From: Bacillota bacterium
Lineage (GTDB): Bacteria > Bacillota > Clostridia > Peptostreptococcales > Anaerovoracaceae
Length of the DNA stretch: 64,000 bases
Assembly (NCBI GenBank): GCA_016302925.1
Contig: JAEDMR010000001.1
Coordinates: 730-64,729, forward strand
Direction of reading: 5' to 3'
The stretch's first letter is position 1, and each line of letters begins with the position of its first letter. The notes under the pieces were generated by a model. The model worked only from the letters and a program-made list of their open reading frames with translations. It ran no database searches and was not told the origin of the DNA. Positions 39,773 to 48,475 of the stretch are shown here, piece after piece. Position numbers and translations under genes: made by a program.

Positions 39773-40939
39773 ATGGGATTGACAGTAAAAGATCTATTCG
39801 ATCTGAATATTATGAAAAATTTTAAACTGGTAGCCGGTGCCGGCGGACTGGACAGGCCGATCACCAGAACGGAAATTCTGGATTTCGAGTTTGTGCAGGG
39901 CGTGGGAATGGACAGAGACCGTATCTTTGAAGGAGAAAGCATAGCAATTTCCAGCCTTCTGTTTGCCAAGGACAATCCTGTTTTGATACTGGATACGGTC
40001 ATGCGTCTCTATGAGCTGAACGTCAGCTGTTTCGCCTATAAGCCGGTATTTATCAATGAACTCCCGGAAGAAGTGCTTCGCTTTGCCGACAGCAACGATT
40101 TTCCAATTCTGAAGTTCGGCGGTGATGAATTTTTCGAAGACGTGGTGCTTCAGGTGACCAACGAGCTGAATCGCGAAAATGACATTCTGGCCATAGAAAA
40201 CGATCTGGAAAAAGTTCTGGATAAAGAAATGAACCAGAAGGAGGAACTGAAATTCTGCCGCAGAATCAATCCGAACCTGAAACAATTCATCAGTGTTGTC
40301 GCAGTCTGGGATGAAACACGGGAGCCGGAAGAAATCGAAACGCTGGTACGCCAGCACCTGGATTCCGGCCGCCTGCGGAGAAAAACGGCCCTCTGCAAAT
40401 TCCGGCGGGGCTATTTTATCATTCTCAGTCAGGACGAACCGGAAGAAAGCCGGTTTGCCGCCCTGTTGGAGGACCTTTGCATTCAGCTGGGTCTGGACAG
40501 AAAGAACTTCCGTATGGGATTCAGCACCATCAAGCGGATGGAAGAAGATTTCGGCCGCTGCATCCGGGAAGCCTTCTGGGCATGCATCGTGGCACGGATG
40601 GAAGAAACCCCGTCACGGCGCTATGAAGAGATGGGGATTTACCGATTCATCGTACCGGAAATTAACTCACCGAATATGAAAGCATATATGGAAGAGTATC
40701 TGAAACCCGTCCTGAAGCCGGAAGAAAGAGAACTGCTGCATACAGCCACAGCGTATGTTTTTTGCAGCGGGGACGTGGTAAAGACGGCGGAGCGTCTGTT
40801 CTGCCATAAAAATACAGTGCGGTACCGGCTGGCAAAAATTCAGGAGATGGTGGATCCGAAAAGCAACGATAAAGCATTCTACGAAAGCTTGTCCATTGCC
40901 ATTCGGATTTACATGCTGACGAAATTCAACCGCTGGTAA
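39773..40939 (+). CDS. PucR family transcriptional regulator
   Basis: N-terminal PucR-like LVAGAGGLDRPIT, and C-terminal HTH (TAERLFCHKNTVRYRLAKIQEM). Confidence 0.65.
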   Translation: MGLTVKDLFDLNIMKNFKLVAGAGGLDRPITRTEILDFEFVQGVGMDRDRIFEGESIAISSLLFAKDNPVLILDTVMRLYELNVSCFAYKPVFINELPEEVLRFADSNDFPILKFGGDEFFEDVVLQVTNELNRENDILAIENDLEKVLDKEMNQKEELKFCRRINPNLKQFISVVAVWDETREPEEIETLVRQHLDSGRLRRKTALCKFRRGYFIILSQDEPEESRFAALLEDLCIQLGLDRKNFRMGFSTIKRMEEDFGRCIREAFWACIVARMEETPSRRYEEMGIYRFIVPEINSPNMKAYMEEYLKPVLKPEERELLHTATAYVFCSGDVVKTAERLFCHKNTVRYRLAKIQEMVDPKSNDKAFYESLSIAIRIYMLTKFNRW

Positions 40940-40978
40940 CGAGGCGAGGAGAGAGAAGAGAAAAACAGACCGGGAACG

Positions 40979-41020
40979 AAAAAAGGACGTGAATTGTATT
41001 TTGTACAAAACACGTCCTTT
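40979..41020. terminator. Hairpin terminator between convergent PucR-like and DUF2148 genes
   Basis: AGGACGTG..TTGTA..TACAA..CACGTCCT. A6 lies on the left, giving a strong T-run for the minus strand. The T-tract on the right is weaker. Confidence 0.65.
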
Positions 41021-41105
41021 ATGTTTGTCTGTCATCATAAGGAAAAACGCTGAACGGCCTGCTATAATAGAGATACAAGCCACACAACAACTTAATTTTT
41101 TATCC

Positions 41106-41654
41106 TTAACGCAGCACGGCACCCGGGTTTCTGTCGAAGTAGATGCTCTTGGATTCTGCACCCAGCGGAATTCCGTAGCAGACCTTTACCTCCTTGGAGA
41201 GCAGACCTGCTTTCAGAGCCCCCTTGCCGGCTGAGTACATGACACGATTGTCAATGCGGTGATCTGCTGCAACGGAAACGGCAGAACCGATGGCAATCCC
41301 CAGGTCGGTCAGATTGAACACACAGTTTGTACCGGCCTTTTTCATTTCTCCGCAGTTTTCGAACCCGCACATATGGCAGCTTGAAAGACCAAACGGGGTG
41401 CTGCGGCAGCCGATGATGACCACACAGTGGCTGTTGTCCACATTCCCGGCATCCCGGATAATAAACTCTTCCTCATATTCCGCTCCCAGCTGCCGCATGG
41501 CTTCTGCCAGAAGATCCTTTTCTTTTCCGGTCACGATGCAGGCTTCTACCGTATCTTTCCCGCTCCCCTTCGGTGCTGTTTTCGCAGCAGTTACCATCAG
41601 ATCTGCAACCTGCAGACAGGCATCCCGCTCTGCTTCTTTCATGGTTTTCAGCAT
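41106..41654 (-). CDS. DUF2148 ferredoxin-like domain protein
   Basis: VTAAKTAPKGSGKD...CHMCGFENCGE...NLTDLGIAIGSAV, recalled as the DUF2148 pattern. Confidence 0.55.
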   Translation of the reverse strand: MLKTMKEAERDACLQVADLMVTAAKTAPKGSGKDTVEACIVTGKEKDLLAEAMRQLGAEYEEEFIIRDAGNVDNSHCVVIIGCRSTPFGLSSCHMCGFENCGEMKKAGTNCVFNLTDLGIAIGSAVSVAADHRIDNRVMYSAGKGALKAGLLSKEVKVCYGIPLGAESKSIYFDRNPGAVLR

Positions 41655-41804
41655 AATTTCCCCTCCTCACCGGACTTTTTCATTCCGTACTCTATCACCA
41701 TATTTTATCACAAACCGGAACCCACTTGCAACCAGCACCGGATTGTAATAAAATAAAGAAAAAGGCAAGGAGATTTGTCACGGATTTTCAGGAAGGATGA
41801 TAGA

Positions 41805-42740
41805 ATGGATAAGGCAATGAAAAAACCAGTATTAGTGATCATGGCAGCCGGCATGGGAAGCCGGTTCGGCGGTCTGAAGCAGATTGAGCCGGTGGGAAGC
41901 GAAGGGGAAATCATCCTGGACTTTTCGATGTATGATGCCATGATGGCGGGATTTGAAAAAGCAGTTTTTATCATAAAAAAAGAAAATGAGGAAGCATTCC
42001 GCAGCCTGATCGACCGGCGAGCAGGGCGGTTCTTGGAAGTGGAATATGCATTTCAGGAGCTTGCGGATCTGCCGGAGGGCTATGAAGTACCTGCAGGCCG
42101 TGAGAAGCCGTGGGGAACCGGTCATGCTGTGCTGGCGGCAAGACATGTGGTGGACGGACCGTTTGCTGTCATCAATGCAGACGATTACTATGGGCCTGGT
42201 GCGTTTCAGAGCATGTATTCCTTCCTGGAACAGGCAGAAGATACAGACAAATATCAATACTGCATGGTAGGATATCCACTGGAAAACACCCTGACAGAAA
42301 ACGGTTATGTTTCCCGGGGAATCTGTGAGACGACAGCCTCAGGCATGCTGGAGAAAATTACGGAAAGAACCCGAATCCAGTGGCAGGACGAAGAAATCGT
42401 ATATGAAGATGAAAGCAGTCAGCCGGGATTCGCGAAGCTGACTCGCGGTACCACGGTTTCCATGAATTTCTGGGGCTTCACACCTTCCATGATGAAGGAG
42501 CTGGAAGCAGGATTTCCGTCGTTTCTCGACATCGCACTGCAGGAAAACCCGATGAAGGGCGAATACTTCCTGCCGGGGGTGGTGGATCGGCTGATCCGGG
42601 AAGGTAAAGCACAGGTCAGAGTGCTTCGTTCACAGGACCGGTGGTTTGGTGTCACCTATAAGGAAGACAAACAGCAGGTTGTCGATGCCCTGCAATCTAT
42701 GAAGGATAAGGGAGAATATCCGGAAAAATTATGGAAATAA
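41805..42740 (+). CDS. Sugar-phosphate nucleotidyltransferase family protein
   Basis: Start is placed at MDKAMKKPV (ORF opens at 41775 with TTG). N-terminal VLVIMAAGMGSRFGGLKQ is the NTP_transferase G-loop. Confidence 0.6.
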   Translation: MDKAMKKPVLVIMAAGMGSRFGGLKQIEPVGSEGEIILDFSMYDAMMAGFEKAVFIIKKENEEAFRSLIDRRAGRFLEVEYAFQELADLPEGYEVPAGREKPWGTGHAVLAARHVVDGPFAVINADDYYGPGAFQSMYSFLEQAEDTDKYQYCMVGYPLENTLTENGYVSRGICETTASGMLEKITERTRIQWQDEEIVYEDESSQPGFAKLTRGTTVSMNFWGFTPSMMKELEAGFPSFLDIALQENPMKGEYFLPGVVDRLIREGKAQVRVLRSQDRWFGVTYKEDKQQVVDALQSMKDKGEYPEKLWK

Positions 42741-42764
42741 GTTCATGCAGTGAGGTGAACGACC

Positions 42765-43856
42765 ATGAAGAAACAAACAGCAGCAAGACGTTTTGTTTCC
42801 GCTTTTCTGGCGATTCCCATGATGCTGACGGCAATCACACTGACAGGCTGCAGCGAGGACAAGCCGTATGATATACACCTGCAGGATTATGTGAAGGTGG
42901 GAGAATACAAAGGACTTCCCTATACAGATTTTGACATCCGCGTCACGGAAAAAGAAATTCAGGAAGAAGTGGAAAAGGTTCTGCAGAAATACAGCATTCA
43001 GACAGAGCGGACAGAAGGCCCTCTGGAAGAAGGCGATTGTGCAAGCATCCAGTATAAACTGGAAGTGGACGGAAGCAAGCTGAACGGTGCCGCTTTCCAG
43101 TATTACACCGTGCAGGTGGGAAAAGAAGTGATTCTGGAAGATATCGACAAGGCACTGGTGGGAAAAGAAGCAGGAGAGACATTTGAAGTGCAGACCACGT
43201 TCCCGGAAGATTTCGAGATGAACAGCCATATGGCCGGTAAAGAAGCATTATTTACCATCACGGTAAACAAGATTTTCGACGTGACACTTCCGGTGCTGGA
43301 TGATGAATTTGTTTCCGAAAATCTGGGATTTGAAACAGCGGATGCCTATCTGGAGGATCTGGAAGCAGATCTTTATGATCAGAAACAGAAGGATGCCAGA
43401 TACCAGGCCGGCGAAGAAATCTGGGCAAGGGTGCTGGAAAGCTCCGAAGTGCTGAAATATCCGGAAAGCGAAGTGAAGAAAAAGCAGACCGCCCTGACAG
43501 AAAGCTTTCGTATCATATGTGAAAAATACGGAACAACGCTGGAGGAAGCACTTCATTCCATCTTGAAAACCGATGAATCTGCCTTCATGGAAAACATTCG
43601 GACCAGTGCCGAGAATGCGGTGAAAGAGGAAATGATTCTTTACTCCATTGCCAGAGAGAACGATCTGGAAATGACCCCACAGGAGCAGCAGGAATACCTG
43701 GATAAGGTTCTTGCAGAAAACGGGATCACAGCCAGAGAATTCAAGGAAAAATACTCCGCTTCCATTGAAGAATACGCAGAAGAAAGCGGAATCATGACTT
43801 CCCTGCTTTACGAGAGGGTCTTCGATTTCCTGGTGGAAAACGGGGTTGCAGAATAA
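42765..43856 (+). CDS. Lipoprotein with trigger-factor-like FKBP PPIase and C-terminal chaperone domains
   Basis: Signal peptide with lipobox LTLTGC. TF-like PPIase segment: EGDCASIQYKLEVDGSKLNG...VQVGKEV...LVGKEAGETFEVQTTFPEDF...AGKEALFTITVNKI. No ribosome-binding TF N-domain is present. Confidence 0.65.
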   Translation: MKKQTAARRFVSAFLAIPMMLTAITLTGCSEDKPYDIHLQDYVKVGEYKGLPYTDFDIRVTEKEIQEEVEKVLQKYSIQTERTEGPLEEGDCASIQYKLEVDGSKLNGAAFQYYTVQVGKEVILEDIDKALVGKEAGETFEVQTTFPEDFEMNSHMAGKEALFTITVNKIFDVTLPVLDDEFVSENLGFETADAYLEDLEADLYDQKQKDARYQAGEEIWARVLESSEVLKYPESEVKKKQTALTESFRIICEKYGTTLEEALHSILKTDESAFMENIRTSAENAVKEEMILYSIARENDLEMTPQEQQEYLDKVLAENGITAREFKEKYSASIEEYAEESGIMTSLLYERVFDFLVENGVAE

Positions 43857-43876
43857 AAAAATAGGGAGAAGTATTC

Positions 43877-45127
43877 ATGCAGACAATGCAGTATCACAAG
43901 ATTCTCAGTCGGGGCGGCGAAATTGAAGACAGGCTCCGGCAGTTGGGAAACGTTTCCCATACAGAAGGCGTGCCGGGGATCTGGCGTGCCATCCATACCG
44001 ACACAGATCACTGCGCAAAATCCATTCTCCGGGACTGGCTTACGGATGCGGGTCTTTCGGTATCCGAGGATGCGTTCGGAAATCTCTATGGTCGCCTTGA
44101 AGGGCAGGTTGCAGAGACCATTCTGGCCGGCTCCCATGTGGATACGGTGAAAAACGGCGGGCTGTATGACGGCGCCTGCGGTGTGGTCACAGCCATCAGT
44201 GCAGTGAAAGCCCTCTGTGAGGCCGGGTGGAAACCATATTATTCGGTGGAGATTGTAGGAATCGAGGAAGAAGAAGGAAGCCGGTTTGATCTTTCCTATC
44301 CGGGAAGCAATGCCATCATCGGAGGTCTCAGTCAGGAGGACCTGGAAATCAGAGATGAAGACGGCATCTCCCTGCGCCAGGCCATGGTGGAACGGGGATT
44401 CGATCCATCAAAGCTTCCGTCGGCAGACCGCCGGGGACAGGTCCGGGAATACATTGAGCTGCATGTGGAGCAGGGCGAAGTTTTGGACCGGGAAAATATC
44501 CCCATTGGCATAGTGGAAAATATCACCGGCATGGTTATGTTTTCGGTGTCCATCCTGGGTGAGCAGAACCATGCGGGAACCACACCGATGTATCTGCGAA
44601 AAGACCCTGTGGTGAAAACTGCAGAGCTGATTCTGCGGCTGACGGAGCGAATCAGGCAGATTTCGGATCGGGGTGTCATTACCTTCGGAGAAATGAAGGT
44701 CCATCCCGGTGTATCCAACGTGATTCCGGGACAGGTGGACTTTTCCATCGACCTGCGGGATGGAGACCGGCAGGCGCTGCTGGAAGAAGAGCAGGCCGTG
44801 AAGGAGATCATCCTGAACGCACAGCAGGATGGATTCGGCGTGGAACTGGAGATGTACAGTCACGAGAATCCGGTGCCCCTGAGCCGGGAAATGACCGCAT
44901 CTCTTCAGGAAGCGGCAGAAGAAGCTGAGATACCATACAAACGGATGAACAGCGGTGCGGGCCACGATGCCATGATTATCGGGCGGGTCATTCCGACGGC
45001 TATGATCTTCATCCCAAGTCAGGACGGCATCAGCCATTCCCCGAAGGAATACACCCGGCCGGAAGACCTTTCCCGGGGCTGCGAGATTCTGGGGCGGCTG
45101 CTGGTAAAGCGAGCGGGCGGATTTTGA
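43877..45127 (+). CDS. M20-family Zn-dependent amidase (allantoate / N-carbamoyl-amino-acid amidohydrolase type)
   Basis: GNLYGRLEG...ILAGSHVDTVKNGGLYDGACGV, EEEGSRF, GAGHDA, IFIPSQDGISHSPKE. Confidence 0.7.
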   Translation: MQTMQYHKILSRGGEIEDRLRQLGNVSHTEGVPGIWRAIHTDTDHCAKSILRDWLTDAGLSVSEDAFGNLYGRLEGQVAETILAGSHVDTVKNGGLYDGACGVVTAISAVKALCEAGWKPYYSVEIVGIEEEEGSRFDLSYPGSNAIIGGLSQEDLEIRDEDGISLRQAMVERGFDPSKLPSADRRGQVREYIELHVEQGEVLDRENIPIGIVENITGMVMFSVSILGEQNHAGTTPMYLRKDPVVKTAELILRLTERIRQISDRGVITFGEMKVHPGVSNVIPGQVDFSIDLRDGDRQALLEEEQAVKEIILNAQQDGFGVELEMYSHENPVPLSREMTASLQEAAEEAEIPYKRMNSGAGHDAMIIGRVIPTAMIFIPSQDGISHSPKEYTRPEDLSRGCEILGRLLVKRAGGF

Positions 45128-45169
45128 GAAAAAAAGAAAGAAAAAGGGATGAAAAAAGTAAAATAGTCC

Positions 45170-45198
45170 TTGCATTTTGCAGAAAATACAGATATAAT
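45170..45198 (+). promoter_or_regulatory. Sigma-A-type promoter for rpsF-ssb-rpsR
   Basis: TTGCAT (45170-45175), 17-nt spacer, TATAAT (45193-45198). Confidence 0.7.
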
Positions 45199-45276
45199 AA
45201 TTGGGCATGAGTTTACATGCGAAATCTCTGCGACAGGTTGGGCTGTCGCCATTTAGTCCACAGGGAGGTGAAACAA

Positions 45277-45564
45277 ATGATTAATTACGAAGTTATGTTC
45301 ATTATCGATCCTGCTTTAGAAGATGCGGCCAAGGATGCAACAGTAGAAAACGTTCAGACGATCATTGCTGCGGATGGTGGAGTTGAAAAAGTAGAAGTTC
45401 TGGGCATGAGAAAGCTTGCTTATCCAATCGATAAGAAGGAAGAAGGATACTACGTAGTAGTTGAATTCAAGGGCAATCCGACCCTGCCTTACGAGCTGAA
45501 CAGAAAGCTGAAGATTTCTGACAACGTAATCAGACACATCATCATCAACAAGGATGAAAAATAA
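45277..45564 (+). CDS. rpsF: 30S ribosomal protein S6
   Basis: Start is placed at MINYEVMFIIDP (GGGAGG RBS). ORF track opens at 45217. Confidence 0.95.
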   Translation: MINYEVMFIIDPALEDAAKDATVENVQTIIAADGGVEKVEVLGMRKLAYPIDKKEEGYYVVVEFKGNPTLPYELNRKLKISDNVIRHIIINKDEK

Positions 45565-45578
45565 GAACGAGGTGTAAT

Positions 45579-46007
45579 ATGAACAGTGTTGTATTGATCG
45601 GAAGACTGACAAGAGATCCTGAAGTCCGTTATTCTGCCGGAACACAGATGGCAATCTGCAGATTTTCTGTAGCGATTGACAGACCGCCGAGACAGAATGG
45701 CGAAAAGCAGACTGACTTTCCAAGCGTCGTAGTATTCGGCAAGCAGGCTGAAAACTGCGAAAGATATCTGGCGAAAGGCAGACTGGTGGGAATTCAGGGC
45801 AGATTGCAGACCGGAAGCTATACCAATAAGGATGGCGCAACCGTTTACACCACAGATGTCGTAGCTGACAGAGTAGAATTTTTGGAATGGGGCGACAGAA
45901 ACGAACGGCAGGCAGCAAGACCTGCTGCACAGAGTTCTGCACCGGCAGGCGGTTTCGATGCCGCACCGGAAGGATTCTCCGCAATTGACGAAGATATCCC
46001 GTTCTAA
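45579..46007 (+). CDS. ssb: Single-stranded DNA-binding protein
   Basis: [18 protein letters not shown]..., OB fold, and the C-terminal acidic tip DEDIPF. Confidence 0.96.
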   Translation: MNSVVLIGRLTRDPEVRYSAGTQMAICRFSVAIDRPPRQNGEKQTDFPSVVVFGKQAENCERYLAKGRLVGIQGRLQTGSYTNKDGATVYTTDVVADRVEFLEWGDRNERQAARPAAQSSAPAGGFDAAPEGFSAIDEDIPF

Positions 46008-46020
46008 GAGAAAGGAGAGA

Positions 46021-46263
46021 ATGACCATGATGGATAAGAGACGTGGCGGTGGCATGAGAAGAAAGAAAGTATGCCAGTTCTGCGCGGATAAGACCGAAAG
46101 AATCGACTACAAGGATGTAGAAAAGCTGAGAAAGTACGTGACCGAAAGAGGCAAGATCCTGCCGAAGAGAATCACTGGTACCTGCGCGATGCACCAGAGA
46201 GAAGTCACCACAGCAATCAAGAGAGCAAGAATCGTTGCTCTGCTGCCTTATGTAGCTGACTAA
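46021..46263 (+). CDS. rpsR: 30S ribosomal protein S18
   Basis: Start is placed at ATG 46021 after [55 protein letters not shown]. Confidence 0.95.
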   Translation: MTMMDKRRGGGMRRKKVCQFCADKTERIDYKDVEKLRKYVTERGKILPKRITGTCAMHQREVTTAIKRARIVALLPYVAD

Positions 46264-46292
46264 TTGAACGTCAATTAAACAGAAACAGAATA

Positions 46293-46335
46293 AAAGTCCT
46301 CAGACCATTGGAAAAGATGGTTTGGGGACTTTTTT
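46293..46335. terminator. Bidirectional terminator between rpsR and the STAND NTPase gene
   Basis: AGTCCTCAGACCAT / ATGGTTTGGGGACT stem (two G-U wobbles), followed by T6. An A/T run lies on the other side. Confidence 0.75.
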
Positions 46336-46351
46336 AGTCCTTGCATGCCTA

Positions 46352-48472
46352 TTACTCTTTTTCTGTCAGATGATCCATGATCTTTTGAATCCAATTCTCC
46401 TCGTAAGGGTAATCACGCTGCAGGTGGATCAATATCTTTTCGTATATGGAAAACGCCTCTGCTGATTTCTTCTCCAGGGCAAGCACATCCGCCAAAATTT
46501 CAAGCTGGGAAAGAGAATCCTTATACTTTTCACCTCGATACAGGAGTGCGGACTGTACATTCTCGCGGGCTGCTTTTTCCGCCTCCGCCAGCCGATTTTC
46601 ATCGATCAGAAGTGCGATCTGCAGCTCCTTGAAGGCTGTTTTTCGATAACCCAGATCTTCCCGGCTTTTCATCCATGTTTCGATGGTCGCATAGAGTTCT
46701 CTGGAAATAGCAATGCGCCCCTCGCGCAGCGCATGTTTTGCTTCTTCCAGCAAAACATAGTTCTGCTTCATCGAAAACCGCTGCTTCTGGAACGCAGGGA
46801 GGTCTTTGTCATCCATCTGCAGAATGGCCTCCACAATCTGCAGACACTCGGCCGCATATTTGTTCCGGGCAACTGGGTCCTGGCGGTGGCTGTATTCCTT
46901 TGCAAGCTTAGCGCAGGCGGAACTGAGCTGGTCCATCACTTCAAAGGTTCGTGGCGTCACCGCCTTCAGCAGTTCATATCCCTTTTGATACCACATAAGC
47001 GCATGATCGTGATCCATATGGTTATGATAGACAGCTGCCACCCGGAGGGCTTCTCTTCCCGGAAGAACATGGTTGGGACCATAATAATTCATAACGGCTT
47101 CGTAGACTTTTACGGCATAGGGCAGCGCTTCTTCATAATATCCCTGAACCCACAGAAAGGTAACAATCTCCTCGAAAGCGGTGGCCAGCCATGGGGCAGG
47201 GTCCGGAAACGTCTCATAGACAGCAAACACATGCGGCTCCAGGATCCGGTTCTCCTCATAGGTGCGGTTCCATGTACAGATCCCGATATCATCTCCGTAC
47301 ATATACTTCTCGAAGCCACGCAGCAGACGACTGCAGTTGATACATGTTGGCGGCATGATACGCCTGACGGCCTCGGCGATCAGAGGATGTACACGGAGAA
47401 GGAGACGGGCTTCTGTCTCTCTGCCCGGATCTTCCGGGGAATGTTCCGTCGTTTTTCCCAATACAAGAACATCCATCAAAAGATAATTCCGAAGCGACCG
47501 GAGTGTATGTTCCGATGCGCCGGATATCTGGAGAAACAGATCTTTTTCCATTCCCTGCGGTGCAAGAACGGACAAATACAACAGGGTTTCCCATTCAGCT
47601 TTTTTCAACCGGAAAGAGGAAAGCAGGGAAGTAATGTGGGATCCGTTGCCGGGAGGTCCGGACAGTTCTCCATAGGAAGCCTGGACGGATGCCATTTTGA
47701 TGCTTAATGTGTGGCCTTCCACCTGATAACCGTACTGCAGAAGCTGTTCTGTTTTTTCCGGTTCCAGTCTGCCGGAACAGGTTTGAATCAGTTTTGGCCA
47801 GTATTCCGGGGGCAGGGCGTTGACCAGAAGCTTTTCCTTTTCCGGCACGATTTCATAGTTTACTCTTGTGGTTATGATCTTATCGCAGGAAAGCTCCAGA
47901 AACTGACGAAGGTCCTTATCTGCGGGCATATTCATATTATCGATCACGATCAGAATTTTTTTCTTTTCACTGATTTTTTGCAGGGCACGGAGCTTTTCCC
48001 GATAATACTGCCGCAGCACAGGATACCTTTTCCGGTCATACCGCAGGCCGGAAATGGGAACGGAAGAATCATCACAGACAGCCTGGAGGATCCCCCTGTC
48101 GGTTACGATGTAAAGGACATGATCATACGCAAGGTGATATCTGGCGAGATATGCAAGAGCAATCGCCGTTTTTCCGATGCCGCCGATGCCCTGCAGCAAG
48201 GCGGTGTGAAAAGAGGCAAGCATGTCATGGACAGCGGCAAGCTCTTCTTCCCGCCCGATCAGAGGGAAGGAAGCGGAAGGCAGAGCGGTATCCATGATTT
48301 TGAAATGCCTGTGTTCCAGAAAGCAGGTGTATTCCTCTTTCCAGGTCTCCCAGGCAGCTTTTTCGGCTTCCGGAGAGGAAAATCCGGGCGGGGTGTCCGC
48401 GTATTTTTTCTGCAGCAGAAGCTGGTGCTTTTTCCATAGCAAAAGCTGCTCCTGATAGTTAAAATCTTTCAT
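46352..48472 (-). CDS. NB-ARC/STAND P-loop NTPase with C-terminal TPR-like array, no effector domain
   Basis: LIGREEEL..GIGGIGKT (Walker A), ILIVIDNM (Walker B), KIITTR, GHTLSIKMA, then about 270 aa of helical repeats. Confidence 0.75.
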   Translation of the reverse strand: MKDFNYQEQLLLWKKHQLLLQKKYADTPPGFSSPEAEKAAWETWKEEYTCFLEHRHFKIMDTALPSASFPLIGREEELAAVHDMLASFHTALLQGIGGIGKTAIALAYLARYHLAYDHVLYIVTDRGILQAVCDDSSVPISGLRYDRKRYPVLRQYYREKLRALQKISEKKKILIVIDNMNMPADKDLRQFLELSCDKIITTRVNYEIVPEKEKLLVNALPPEYWPKLIQTCSGRLEPEKTEQLLQYGYQVEGHTLSIKMASVQASYGELSGPPGNGSHITSLLSSFRLKKAEWETLLYLSVLAPQGMEKDLFLQISGASEHTLRSLRNYLLMDVLVLGKTTEHSPEDPGRETEARLLLRVHPLIAEAVRRIMPPTCINCSRLLRGFEKYMYGDDIGICTWNRTYEENRILEPHVFAVYETFPDPAPWLATAFEEIVTFLWVQGYYEEALPYAVKVYEAVMNYYGPNHVLPGREALRVAAVYHNHMDHDHALMWYQKGYELLKAVTPRTFEVMDQLSSACAKLAKEYSHRQDPVARNKYAAECLQIVEAILQMDDKDLPAFQKQRFSMKQNYVLLEEAKHALREGRIAISRELYATIETWMKSREDLGYRKTAFKELQIALLIDENRLAEAEKAARENVQSALLYRGEKYKDSLSQLEILADVLALEKKSAEAFSIYEKILIHLQRDYPYEENWIQKIMDHLTEKE

Positions 48473-48475
48473 GGT

